Shown here in pieces: positions 39,606-49,700 of a stretch of 64,000 bases of DNA. Location: the IMG/VR virus record IMGVR_UViG_3300037245_002727, positions 7,325 to 71,324 of that record; one strand, 5' to 3'. Below the pieces are notes generated by a model. That model saw nothing but the letters and a program-made list of their open reading frames with translations, had not been told where the DNA came from and did no database searches. The position numbers were made by a program, and so were the translations under genes. Every line of letters starts with the position of its first letter. Position 1 is the first letter of the stretch. This stretch comes from a virus.

Positions 39606-40772
39606 ATGAGTGGATTAACTGGAGATACCACATTATCGTATATCGAAGAAGTAGTCGAGGGAGTTATTCCAACGAACCCGGTTTTTCAAGAACTACCAAC
39701 TCTTTCTGTAGAGATAGAAGAAAAGTTTAGTACAAAGAATCTATACTACTTGAATGACAGAAGCCCTAATGAAATGATATTGACTCAGAGTATTATTACT
39801 GGCTTTGCTGGTTTTGAATTATCTTATGAAGCCTGGAAGCCGTTCTTGATAGAAGTACTTCGCAATGATAGTACTGCTTATGAAGATTTTAGTTTTGAGT
39901 CAGATTTTATAACTTCAGCAATAAGTCCTAATAGATTCGAAGCCGGTGGCACGTTGGATTTTGCCGCTGAAGGATTAGATATCGGCCAATATATAAAGGT
40001 GTCTGGGTTTGCTCAATCAAACAATAATGGAATTTTTAAAATCATTGCATTATCGGGAAGTGAATGGATAAGGGTTGTTGGAGACAATGATTTGACTGTT
40101 GAAGACCCTGAAGATAGAATAATTATAACAGTTTTAAGCTACGCAGACAATAAGCAGCCAGGAAAAACATATACTTTTCGAAAGTACTCGGAAGTAGATG
40201 GAGCACCATTTTATGAATACTTCACTGGATGCAAAATAGATAAGATATATTTAAATTTTAGAATTGGCGAAATCATTTCAGGTTTATTATTTATTAAAGG
40301 GCTTAAGAGAACAGCAGTACAAGTGACTGGCGAGAGTGTTGTAGAAGTAGCTAGTTATGCTTTAATGGCGGCAACGACTGCTATCGGTCATATCTACATG
40401 GGTTCTGTTGTAAGTCCTGAAAGGGTTTTCACCGAGTTAAATATCGAGTTAGATAACTTATGCAAACCGGGCAATCAACTTGCTGACCTTTCGCCTGAGA
40501 TTATTTTGGATGACTTGTTTGCCGTTAGTATTTCTGGACAGATATATTTTGAAGATTTAGATGTCTACAAAAAGTGGTCAGCAGAAACGAATATGGATTT
40601 TGGATTGAAGATGAGTGATGGCTCAAATGAGATAGCTATCGCCATGAATAAATGTCGGTTGGTATCTATCACTAAACCTGTTCCAGGAAAGAATGCTTAT
40701 TTACTTGAGCGATTTACAATAACTTCATTGCTGGATACAAATGATCATTGCGTTTACTTTAACTTTCACTAA
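39606..40772 (+). CDS. Tail tube protein paralog 1
   Basis: LSYIEE...G.IP..P.FQ.LP; aligns along its length with the next gene. Confidence 0.65.
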   Translation: MSGLTGDTTLSYIEEVVEGVIPTNPVFQELPTLSVEIEEKFSTKNLYYLNDRSPNEMILTQSIITGFAGFELSYEAWKPFLIEVLRNDSTAYEDFSFESDFITSAISPNRFEAGGTLDFAAEGLDIGQYIKVSGFAQSNNNGIFKIIALSGSEWIRVVGDNDLTVEDPEDRIIITVLSYADNKQPGKTYTFRKYSEVDGAPFYEYFTGCKIDKIYLNFRIGEIISGLLFIKGLKRTAVQVTGESVVEVASYALMAATTAIGHIYMGSVVSPERVFTELNIELDNLCKPGNQLADLSPEIILDDLFAVSISGQIYFEDLDVYKKWSAETNMDFGLKMSDGSNEIAIAMNKCRLVSITKPVPGKNAYLLERFTITSLLDTNDHCVYFNFH

Positions 40773-40783
40773 GGAGAATAATT

Positions 40784-41971
40784 ATGTCTGTATCAACTAC
40801 AAATCTGGCAAGTCTTGCGTATGTTGCTGAAACTGTGCCTGGAACAATTCCGACCAGTCCAGCATTCCAATTACTACCCGTTCTTTCAATTGATTTGCTC
40901 GAAAAAATTGTCGGCGTCGCGAGTGAAGCAATTACCGGAAATAGGATGAAAGGAGATATAGTCATTGTCGATGCTGACGTTGGCGGTGACAGTAACTACG
41001 AGTTATCTTATACGCCATGGAAGCCTTTGATGATTGCTTTACTACAGCAGGGTGGAACCGCCGATGCTGCTGTAGCCATTAGTGCTTCGGATATTTCAGC
41101 CGTCGCGTCGGGTGGGACTTTTGAGTCAAGTGGAACCAACTTTGTTACTGAAAATGTAGCAGTCGGGCAATGGCTTAAAGTTGCCGGTTTCACTGAATCG
41201 AAAAACAACGGAATCTTTCGAATTACTGCGGTGGCAAGTGGAGCAATTACTATTGACTCTACTCTCCATCCCGATGGTTTGACGGATGAAGCAATTGGCG
41301 ATGCAGTTACCATGAAAAGTGATATGTATCGAAATGGTTCCAGTGTTATAGATACTTTTTCAATGAGGAAAAGAGTCTATGTTGGAGCGACGCCATACTA
41401 CTTCTACTACCCTGGATGCATTGTCAACTCAATGTCTTTCGCCATGACCACTGCGAGTATTATCACCGGGGCGATGAATATGGTTGGTACGGTTGGAGAG
41501 GGAACAGCTTCTCCAAAATCTGGAGAGACAACTGTGGTCGTACCGGAATACCATCTTTTGAATGCTACTTCTTCTGTCGGCGCAACTTACCTTTCGAGTT
41601 TAACTACAGCGGTTTTTAACTCGTTAAGTTTGAATGTTAACAATAACATGACTGCAAAGAAAGGCATCGGAACATTGGGTGCTTTGGATCAAGGAGCATT
41701 TGACTTTGAAGTAATTGTCGATTGTGAGTTATACTTCGAAGATTTGACTTTGTATAATAACTTCAAAAATTCGACCGGTTTTATTACTGCCGTTGAGATG
41801 ACCGACTCTGCTGGGAATTCAATTGTGATGTCGATGCCCAATTGTAAGTTTTTAAATTTGACTGAGCCAATTCCGGGAAAGAATAACTTCCTTATGGAAT
41901 CCGGTCAAATCGAGTCCCTTGCCGACCCGACATTAGGTTGTAACTTTCAACTTGACTTCATGTCGGCTTAG
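40784..41971 (+). CDS. Major tail tube protein (paralog 2)
   Basis: LAYVAET.PG.IP.SP.FQ; GGD...ELS; Y.GC.V.S; LYFED..LY. Confidence 0.8.
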   Translation: MSVSTTNLASLAYVAETVPGTIPTSPAFQLLPVLSIDLLEKIVGVASEAITGNRMKGDIVIVDADVGGDSNYELSYTPWKPLMIALLQQGGTADAAVAISASDISAVASGGTFESSGTNFVTENVAVGQWLKVAGFTESKNNGIFRITAVASGAITIDSTLHPDGLTDEAIGDAVTMKSDMYRNGSSVIDTFSMRKRVYVGATPYYFYYPGCIVNSMSFAMTTASIITGAMNMVGTVGEGTASPKSGETTVVVPEYHLLNATSSVGATYLSSLTTAVFNSLSLNVNNNMTAKKGIGTLGALDQGAFDFEVIVDCELYFEDLTLYNNFKNSTGFITAVEMTDSAGNSIVMSMPNCKFLNLTEPIPGKNNFLMESGQIESLADPTLGCNFQLDFMSA

Positions 41972-42114
41972 CAGTAGGGATGCCTGTTGGCTTGTGTATT
42001 CATTTAGGTTTTGATCCTCCTCCCTATTTGAGTCATAGGCCAACAGGTTTTACTTGTAGTAAATGATAGAGATGAGGGGAGTCATTAAAACAACAAAACA
42101 AATTTGGAGGAACT

Positions 42115-42495
42115 ATGATTAAGATTACGAAAACAGATTCTAGTAAGGAGACAAAGGGAGTGTGGACAACGTACGAGCATGTCGAAGTACTTATCGCCAG
42201 AATGAACAATGCAGGTTTCTTGAGAGCATTGAGAGACAAAGCAAAGTCAACCGTGGAAGGAAGTCTGCAAGGAATGTCTACAGAGAAGAGTGACACGTTA
42301 ATGATCGAAGTTATGGCTGAGCACATTCTGCTTGACTGGAAATCGTTTGACTTTGATGGCGAAACAATTGACTACAACCTGGAAAATGCAATATCTCTTT
42401 TGACTCATGACCCGGACTTTCGAGATTACATTTCTGATTACTCTCGCAATGTCTCAAACTTCATGCAGGATTTCGGTGATGTCGTGGGAAAATAG
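42115..42495 (+). CDS. Tail assembly chaperone (G)
   Basis: GVW...LIAR.NN..F...ILLDW...Y..ENA..LL; ends in the slippery sequence GGGAAAA. Confidence 0.8.
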   Translation: MIKITKTDSSKETKGVWTTYEHVEVLIARMNNAGFLRALRDKAKSTVEGSLQGMSTEKSDTLMIEVMAEHILLDWKSFDFDGETIDYNLENAISLLTHDPDFRDYISDYSRNVSNFMQDFGDVVGK

Positions 42496-42836
42496 TTTCG
42501 CTCCTCGATTGGGTTTTTGAATATGGAAAATCTGAATCACTTGAGACATTTAAAATGCTCGCGAAGGCGGGGAGGAAAACGCCGTTAGATATACTCCCCG
42601 TCTTAGATGCTTTCGAGGAGTGGTATAACGAAGTATATAATAAGCTGTCTGCTCAAAGAAATTTTAATGGGTATTTGGTAGTAAGTGAAGTCATTGCTTA
42701 TTGCAAGATAACTGATTTGATAGACCCTTTACCCATAGTAGTTAACATCATTCTTGAAATTGATATGCAGTTTAAAGAATTGGTTCACGAAAGGAAAGGC
42801 CATGCCAAAAGAGATCCCAATAAAAATAACCATTGA
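42486..42836 (+). CDS. Chaperone GT extension via -1 frameshift
   Basis: The -1 frame from GGG AAA ATA (42486) is open and in frame with ORF 42555-42836. Confidence 0.7.
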   Translation, partial: GKIVSLLDWVFEYGKSESLETFKMLAKAGRKTPLDILPVLDAFEEWYNEVYNKLSAQRNFNGYLVVSEVIAYCKITDLIDPLPIVVNIILEIDMQFKELVHERKGHAKRDPNKNNH

Positions 42837-45591
42837 TAACCGACAAGCCAAAGGAGAAGCAAAAGAAGTACAAGATGAAGTAAAGAAAGTTGGGAAAGAA
42901 GGGAAAAAAGCTGGAGACAAAGTCGGGAAGAGTTTTGTTGATGGTTTTAGGAAAGCAAAGAAGTCAATCATGACCGTGAAGAACTCCATGATGGGGCTTG
43001 TGGCTATAGTTGCTACTGGGGCTTTTGCTAGTATGGCAAAAGAGGCACTTAAGGCGGCAGATAATATTGCAAAGACTGCAAACAAAATTGGTTTGACTAC
43101 CGATGCACTTCAGGAATATCAATTTGCTGCTAGTCAATCTGGAATCAAGATGCGTACTTTTAATATGTCCTTCCAAAGGTTCGGTCGGCGTATTGCAGAG
43201 GTAGCAATTGGGACCGGTGAGTTATTGAAGACAACTCAGCAATACAACTTTGAAGTTAAGAAGCAAGACGGAACAATAAAAGATATTAATACTTTATTCT
43301 CTGAGTATGGCGAATTAATCAGGACTGCTGCTACAGATCAAGAAGCATTACGTCTGGCTTTTAAGGCATTTGACTCTGAAGGTGCAGTCATGGTTAACTT
43401 GTTTCGTGGTGGTACAAAAACTCTCGCTGAGTATATTTCAATGGCGAATGAACTCGGTTTGGTATTAAGTGAAGAAGTTATTGGAAAGTCAACTGAAGTA
43501 GTTGACAAGTTAGACATTTTGAAAAAACAACTCGGAGTAACTTTCACTACAGCGATTGTAGACAACGCAGAAGCACTTGCAAGTTCGTTTGGCCTTATAG
43601 CAAAAGCGGCAGGATCAATTGGAAGGGGGATGGCAACGAGAAGTCGTTTTGAGACAGTCAAAGAAGCGAGTCAATTGGATGTTGAGGGAATGCTTGATTT
43701 TAAGAAGTTTAGGGAAATGACTTACTACGAAGGCCAACAGTATGTCGATGCAGTCAAAGATATTTTTGCTCAGGTCGAAGCAATTCAACAGGGTGCTGGG
43801 CCGCGAAGTAGGTGGAGAGGAGTCGAAGAAGTAGGCGCTGAAGCTCCGCCTGAAAGTGAGCAAGATAGAATAAGACGTGTAGCAAAAGAAAGAGAAGAAG
43901 CGCGGTTAGCAATGATAGTAGCAGAAGAAGCGTATGTTCAGCGGATGGATGAGTTAAACCAAGAACTTGAATTCCAAGTCAATAAAGAAATTCGTGATCG
44001 TAAAGCAGGTAGTGAAGCAATCATTGAATTGATTAACAAACAAAAGGCGGAAGAAGAATACGGGAAGCAACAAGATATCGAAGACTGGGGTGGAGTCTTT
44101 GATGATTGGGGTGATAGTGTAGAAGTAGCAGAAGACAAATGGGGCGCGTTTCGGGATATGGTAAAAGATTCGAGTCATGATATGACTGAAGCATTTGTTG
44201 ACTTTGCTATGACTGGAAAGGCAAGTGTTAAAGATATGATTGACTCTATGATTAAAGACTTTTTACGGTTCGCTTTACAGAAAGCAATCTTCGGTCCACT
44301 CATGGGTGGCCTTGCTGATATGTTTCCTGGACCTAGTGATATTAAAGTTCCAATAGAACATACTGGAAGTGGTTCAGTTGGCATGAATCGTGAGATTACT
44401 TTTCCAACTAGATATACCGGTAGTGACTCAGTTGGAATGACTCGTAGTATATCTAAACCTGTTCGTAGTATATCAGACATACTGATTTCGACTAAGCATA
44501 CAGGAAGTGACTCTATCGGAATGACTCGTAGTATTTCAGATATTATTCTTCCAACTAAACATACGGGTAGTGATTCAATTGGTATGTCTCGTAGTATATC
44601 TAAACCCATTAGAAGCGTCTCAGATATTATTTTTCCAACTAAACATACGAGTAGTGATTCAATTGGTATGAACCGTAAGATACCGATGAATGGCTTGAGT
44701 GAAATTATTCTTCCAACTAAACATACGGGAAGTGATTCATTGGGGATGAGCCGTAAGATTCCAGTTGGAGGTATCTCAAATATATTGCTTCCAATTAAGC
44801 ATACAGGAAGTGATTCAGTTGGTATGTCTCGTAGTATAACGAACATAATACTGCCAACTAAACATACTGGAGGAGATTCAGTTGGTACGTCTCGTAGTAT
44901 AACGAACATAATACTGCCAACTAAACATACTGGAGGAGATTCAGTTGGTACGTCTCGTAGTATACCGAAACCTATCCGAAGTATTTCAGACATACTGATT
45001 CCAACTAAACATACTGGAGGAGATTCAGTTGGTATGTCTCGTAGTATAACGAACATAATACTGCCAACTAAACATACCGGTAGTGACTCAGTTGGTACGT
45101 CTCGTAGTATACCGAAACCTATCCGAAGTATTTCAGACATACTGGTTCCAACTAAACATACTGGAGGAGATTCAGTTGGAATGCTTCGTAACATAATGGT
45201 TCCAACTAAACATACTGGAGGAGATTCAGTTGGAATGCTTCGTAACATAATGGTTCCGACTAGTCAAGGGAGTGACCCGGTTGCGATGCCTAGTAGCTTA
45301 CCTATATTTCATAATGGTTTGCGCGGCAATGAATACCCTGCAATACTCGAAAGAGGCGAGGAGGTAAGTACCAAAGAACAAGTCCGAGCAGGTGGAAGAG
45401 AAGATATTAAAATAGAAGTAATTGTGGTTAGAGGCTCTGGAGATAAAACAAGAACGGAAGAGAGACAAGATAGCGGTTCTGGAGTGAGACAACTAATGAT
45501 TATGGTCGGCGATGATATAGCTCGCGGAGGCCCGGTGGCTCAAACGATAGAAGGAACATATAACTTAGTAAGAAAGGGGAGGGTTGTCTAA
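42802..45591 (+). CDS. Tape measure protein with an amplified C-terminal repeat
   Basis: Position after the chaperone; AD.IAK.A.KIG....LQE..FAA segment; lambda-type C-terminal region. Confidence 0.85.
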   Translation: MPKEIPIKITIDNRQAKGEAKEVQDEVKKVGKEGKKAGDKVGKSFVDGFRKAKKSIMTVKNSMMGLVAIVATGAFASMAKEALKAADNIAKTANKIGLTTDALQEYQFAASQSGIKMRTFNMSFQRFGRRIAEVAIGTGELLKTTQQYNFEVKKQDGTIKDINTLFSEYGELIRTAATDQEALRLAFKAFDSEGAVMVNLFRGGTKTLAEYISMANELGLVLSEEVIGKSTEVVDKLDILKKQLGVTFTTAIVDNAEALASSFGLIAKAAGSIGRGMATRSRFETVKEASQLDVEGMLDFKKFREMTYYEGQQYVDAVKDIFAQVEAIQQGAGPRSRWRGVEEVGAEAPPESEQDRIRRVAKEREEARLAMIVAEEAYVQRMDELNQELEFQVNKEIRDRKAGSEAIIELINKQKAEEEYGKQQDIEDWGGVFDDWGDSVEVAEDKWGAFRDMVKDSSHDMTEAFVDFAMTGKASVKDMIDSMIKDFLRFALQKAIFGPLMGGLADMFPGPSDIKVPIEHTGSGSVGMNREITFPTRYTGSDSVGMTRSISKPVRSISDILISTKHTGSDSIGMTRSISDIILPTKHTGSDSIGMSRSISKPIRSVSDIIFPTKHTSSDSIGMNRKIPMNGLSEIILPTKHTGSDSLGMSRKIPVGGISNILLPIKHTGSDSVGMSRSITNIILPTKHTGGDSVGTSRSITNIILPTKHTGGDSVGTSRSIPKPIRSISDILIPTKHTGGDSVGMSRSITNIILPTKHTGSDSVGTSRSIPKPIRSISDILVPTKHTGGDSVGMLRNIMVPTKHTGGDSVGMLRNIMVPTSQGSDPVAMPSSLPIFHNGLRGNEYPAILERGEEVSTKEQVRAGGREDIKIEVIVVRGSGDKTRTEERQDSGSGVRQLMIMVGDDIARGGPVAQTIEGTYNLVRKGRVV

Positions 45592-45941
45592 TGGCTACAT
45601 GGCCGAGCGGTTTACCACAAAGGTTTGAACCTGATACTTTCCAATTAACTTATGGTAACAATATTAAAAGATCTGAAATGAGTCAAGGTTCACCGAAGTC
45701 AAGACGTTTAAGTACTTCGGCACCACAGATAGTAAGTGGTTCCATGCTATTGACTGCGAGTCAATTCACTATATGGAATACGTTTTATAAAGTGACTCTT
45801 TTTGATGGCAATGACCCTTTTGATTGGCTCCATCCGATTGACGGTAGCAATGAAGTATTTGAATTTACGAGTCAACCAATTATTACTTCTGCCGGGGGAA
45901 CTAATTGGAATCTTGACATGGAACTGGAGATACAAGCATGA
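45591..45941 (+). CDS. Distal tail / gpM-like protein
   Basis: MATWPS.LP...RSEM..G..K.RR......F..FY..TL.DG...F.W. Confidence 0.7.
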   Translation: MATWPSGLPQRFEPDTFQLTYGNNIKRSEMSQGSPKSRRLSTSAPQIVSGSMLLTASQFTIWNTFYKVTLFDGNDPFDWLHPIDGSNEVFEFTSQPIITSAGGTNWNLDMELEIQA

Positions 45942-46405
45942 CTACTTCTGCTAATTATGACCGGGCAGCATTCGCTCATAAGACGAGTGAAGTATTATTA
46001 ACTCTACTCGAACTCGACGGTGAAGATTTGGGCGCTCCAATTCGAGTAGTTAACAACAAAGAGGATATAACTCATTTAGGAAATGTCTATCAAGGATTTC
46101 CTTTTTTTGTTAAGAAGCCTACAAATCTGCCACATGAAATGCCAAGAGCTGAGTTATCCGTATGCAATGTCGATAGGATGATTGTTGACGCGGTTAGAGA
46201 TGTAGACTCTCCTTTGACTGTTACTATAACTCAAATACTCGCTTCGGATTTAGATACCATTGAAGATGGTCCCTACTCATTAATATTGAGAGATGTTGGT
46301 TTTAATTATGGGGTTGTCTTCGGGTCGCTCATGGTAGATGATATTTTAAATGAACCTTATCCAGCAGACACCTACGACCCGGTAGTTGCCCCAGGATTAT
46401 TTTAA
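45938..46405 (+). CDS. DUF1833 / gpL-like minor tail protein
   Basis: PIRVVNN.EDI...G..Y...PF...P.A.L.V.NV...PGLF. Confidence 0.75.
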   Translation: MTTSANYDRAAFAHKTSEVLLTLLELDGEDLGAPIRVVNNKEDITHLGNVYQGFPFFVKKPTNLPHEMPRAELSVCNVDRMIVDAVRDVDSPLTVTITQILASDLDTIEDGPYSLILRDVGFNYGVVFGSLMVDDILNEPYPADTYDPVVAPGLF

Positions 46406-46797
46406 TGAATGACTACATACCTCCATGGGTAGATGCTTATATCGGTTTGCCATTTGCTGAAATTGATTGCTATAACCTTATACGCAAGGTTTATATAGAA
46501 CAGTTTACTATCGACCTACCAGACTTGACTGAAGAGTATAAGAACGCCTTTGATATTGACAATATAACCGGCCTTTATGCAAGAGAGATGAGACAAAATT
46601 GGATGGAATGTGAAAAGCCTATTTTCGGTTGTGTTGGCGTCTTCCGAGTCATAGGTCAATTATGGCATTGCGGCATGATAGTCAATTGGGAGTCTATGCT
46701 TCATACTCAGCATAGTAGTATTAACAGTTGTCTTGAGTCATTTGATAGTCTTGAATGGAAAAATAAAAGAGTGGGGTTCTATAGTTATGTTGGATAA
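46405..46797 (+). CDS. NlpC/P60 (gpK-like) tail protein
   Basis: YIGLPF..IDCY.L; HCG; MLH. Confidence 0.8.
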   Translation: MNDYIPPWVDAYIGLPFAEIDCYNLIRKVYIEQFTIDLPDLTEEYKNAFDIDNITGLYAREMRQNWMECEKPIFGCVGVFRVIGQLWHCGMIVNWESMLHTQHSSINSCLESFDSLEWKNKRVGFYSYVG

Positions 46798-49700
46798 ATA
46801 TGACGATAAAAAACAATTGGTAGCACTTCCTTTTGGTGAGCTTGAAAAGATAAAGTATTCTAAATCTCAATCGCTCACCGAGATGATTAAAGAAGTTAAC
46901 CTTGATATATTACTTTCCCCTGAAGTAAATAGTGGGAGAGTTTTCGTCGATGGGGTATTGATAAATAAAGAGTACTGGAATATTACTATTCCGGTTGAAG
47001 GAAGTGTAGTACATATCGGAGTAGTTCCAGAAGGTGGCGATGGTGGTAAAATAGCTCGCTCTATAGCTATGATTGTAGTCATGGCAATTGCATGGTGGGC
47101 TGGTCCTGCTATTGGAGTAGCAATGTTTGGAGCTGGAACCACTGGCGCTGGAATAGCTGGAGGAGTCATTGCTGCTGGTATAGGCATTGCTGGAATGCTT
47201 GCAGTAAATGCTTTGATACCGATGCCTGGAACGGGTAGAGAGAAAGACAGTACGGTGGAGAGTAACTCCATGCTCGGAATAAATAATTCTTCTCGACCTT
47301 ATGAGCCAGTGCAAAGATTATTTGGAACACATAAGTTTTATCCTCCATATGCTATAGCTCCTTTCACGGAAGTTGTTGGAGATAAAACAATTGGATATTA
47401 TGTCTTCTGTATTGGCAAAGGTTCTTATGATTTAGATGCAATGAAGATCGGTGAAAATGCTTTGAGTAACTACTCCGAGTATACTATGCAACAAGGTTTT
47501 AAAGATGATATAGATATTTTTTCGAGAGGAGACATTAATGAAGAAAACCTTGCTGTGAACTTAACGAAAGCTGATGGCCCGTATACACAAACAACGCAAC
47601 CTTTGACTACCGAGATATCAATTGACTTTGCATGTAATGCACTGTATGGTATCTATGATGGCAGTGGCAATGTTGCTCCAAGAACTATTCAATTTAATAT
47701 TGAATATCGTCCAGAGTCAGGTGGTAGTTGGGTTCCTTTAACTGGTAGTAATCCAGTTAATATTACTCGTAAGACACAAAAGGGTTTTTCTGTTAACTTT
47801 GGAAAAAGTGGTTTAGCTGAAGATACTTATGAAATCAGAGTTTCGAGAGTAACTAACGACGATGACCCTCCAACCGGCACTTCTGGTTACTCATTTACTA
47901 CAAGTAGTTTTGTGTGGAGCAAACTTCGATCTATTAAAAATACTTCTCCATGGACACTTGATGGAGTTACTTTAGTTGCATTGAAAATAAGACTGGACGG
48001 GCAAATAAATGCTGGAGTTGATACGTTTAATTTGATGGTAAGTTCTTTACTTCCTGCATGGAATGGTAGTAGTTGGGATACTGCGATTGCTTCTCGAAAT
48101 CCGGCATGGGTTTATACCGAAGTATTAAAAGGTTCATCTAATAGACGAGCAGTAGAAGATGAAGAACTTGACTTAACTGGTTTGAAATCGTGGGCTGATG
48201 AATGTACTACCAAAGAATTTTATTTCGACGGAGTCATTGAAAATAGAGGGACGGTTTATAATTTACTTCGTGCTGTAGCATCAGTCGGTAGAGCTACTCC
48301 TGGTAGGACTGTTGCTGGGAAGTATACGGTAGTTAGAGACATTGATCAAGCAGTACGAACTCAGCTCATTACTCCTCATAACAGTTGGGGTTTTTCAGGA
48401 AGGAAAGCATTTCAGGATATACCTCATGCTTTAAAATGTCGGTTCACTAACTCTGAAAAAGATTTTCTACCAGATGAAAGGCTTGTCTATCGCTCAGGGT
48501 ACGATGTAGACAACGCAACTCTTTTTGAGACGCATGACTTTCCCTATATAACTACTCCAGACCATGTATGGAAGTTAGCTACTTACCATCTTGCGCAAGC
48601 ATTACTTCGCCCTGAAATATTTAATATTTCGATGGACTTTGAACATATAGCTAATAAGACTACTCGAGGAAGTAAAGTCGGTTTTTCTTATGACGCAATC
48701 TTGGTTGGATTAGGTTCTGCATTAGTGAAGTCAGTTTCACTTGATGGAAATGACGATTGTACTGGTATCACTATGAACAATAGTTTGACTATGGAAGCCG
48801 GAAAAACATATGGAATGAATATTAGGCGATCCATTGATGGTAGACAAACTGCCGGTTCGATAGTATTAGATCTTGGTGAACATAAGTCAATTACTTTTAA
48901 TCCAGTCATACCAGATACGGATGTACCAGCTATTGGAGACTTAGTTAATTTTGGCGAAGCTGGTTTAATTGACTTAGATTGTATGGTTCAAAGTATTATT
49001 CCAATCAATGATTCGGATGCAACTTTGTCTCTAGTAGAAGATGCACCGGCTGTTAGAACTGCTGACGATGGTTATCCCGATAGTCATGATTCGAAGATAA
49101 CTCATCCAGGAAAGTATAACGAAATTCCTTATGCTGTAGCGATTGAAAATATTAGTATCATCTCTCAGAAAGATACTCTCTCAATATTAAATCAAACAGG
49201 CAACATCACTGTCGCAGTTGACTTTTCAGTTGATGCTACCAGTGGAGTTCAGCCGGATAGTTTTCAAGGGCAGTACTATGACCAAGAAGACATTGATGGA
49301 GAGTGGATTTCGCTGCCCAATATCCTTGGTTCTGATTCGCGTACATTTGAAGTATTAGTACAAAACGGTTTAATTTATGACTTCAGAGTCAGATCTGTTA
49401 GCAAGTATGGGGAGACAAGTGTTTGGGATACATACTATGATTATTTAGTTGACTATACTGATTTGATTCCTAATGACATTACTGGACTTGCTTTGATTCA
49501 AGGTGGTACTTATTGGCCTGGAGTAAATGTGGAGATAATTTGGAATGTTCCAACTGATTTATGGAATGTTGAGAAGTTTAGAGTATTTGTCTACGAGACA
49601 AGTCCTATGACTTTACTTCGGCCTTCAGAATATGTAGACAAGAATCAAATTACTTATAGTTATACTTTTGCTATGAACCAAGAAGACAATGGAGGAACGC

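Noticed and set aside
34382-45248. Long antisense ORFs 34382-35113, 35243-35755 and 44175-45248
   Set aside because: They are shadows of repetitive plus-strand genes.
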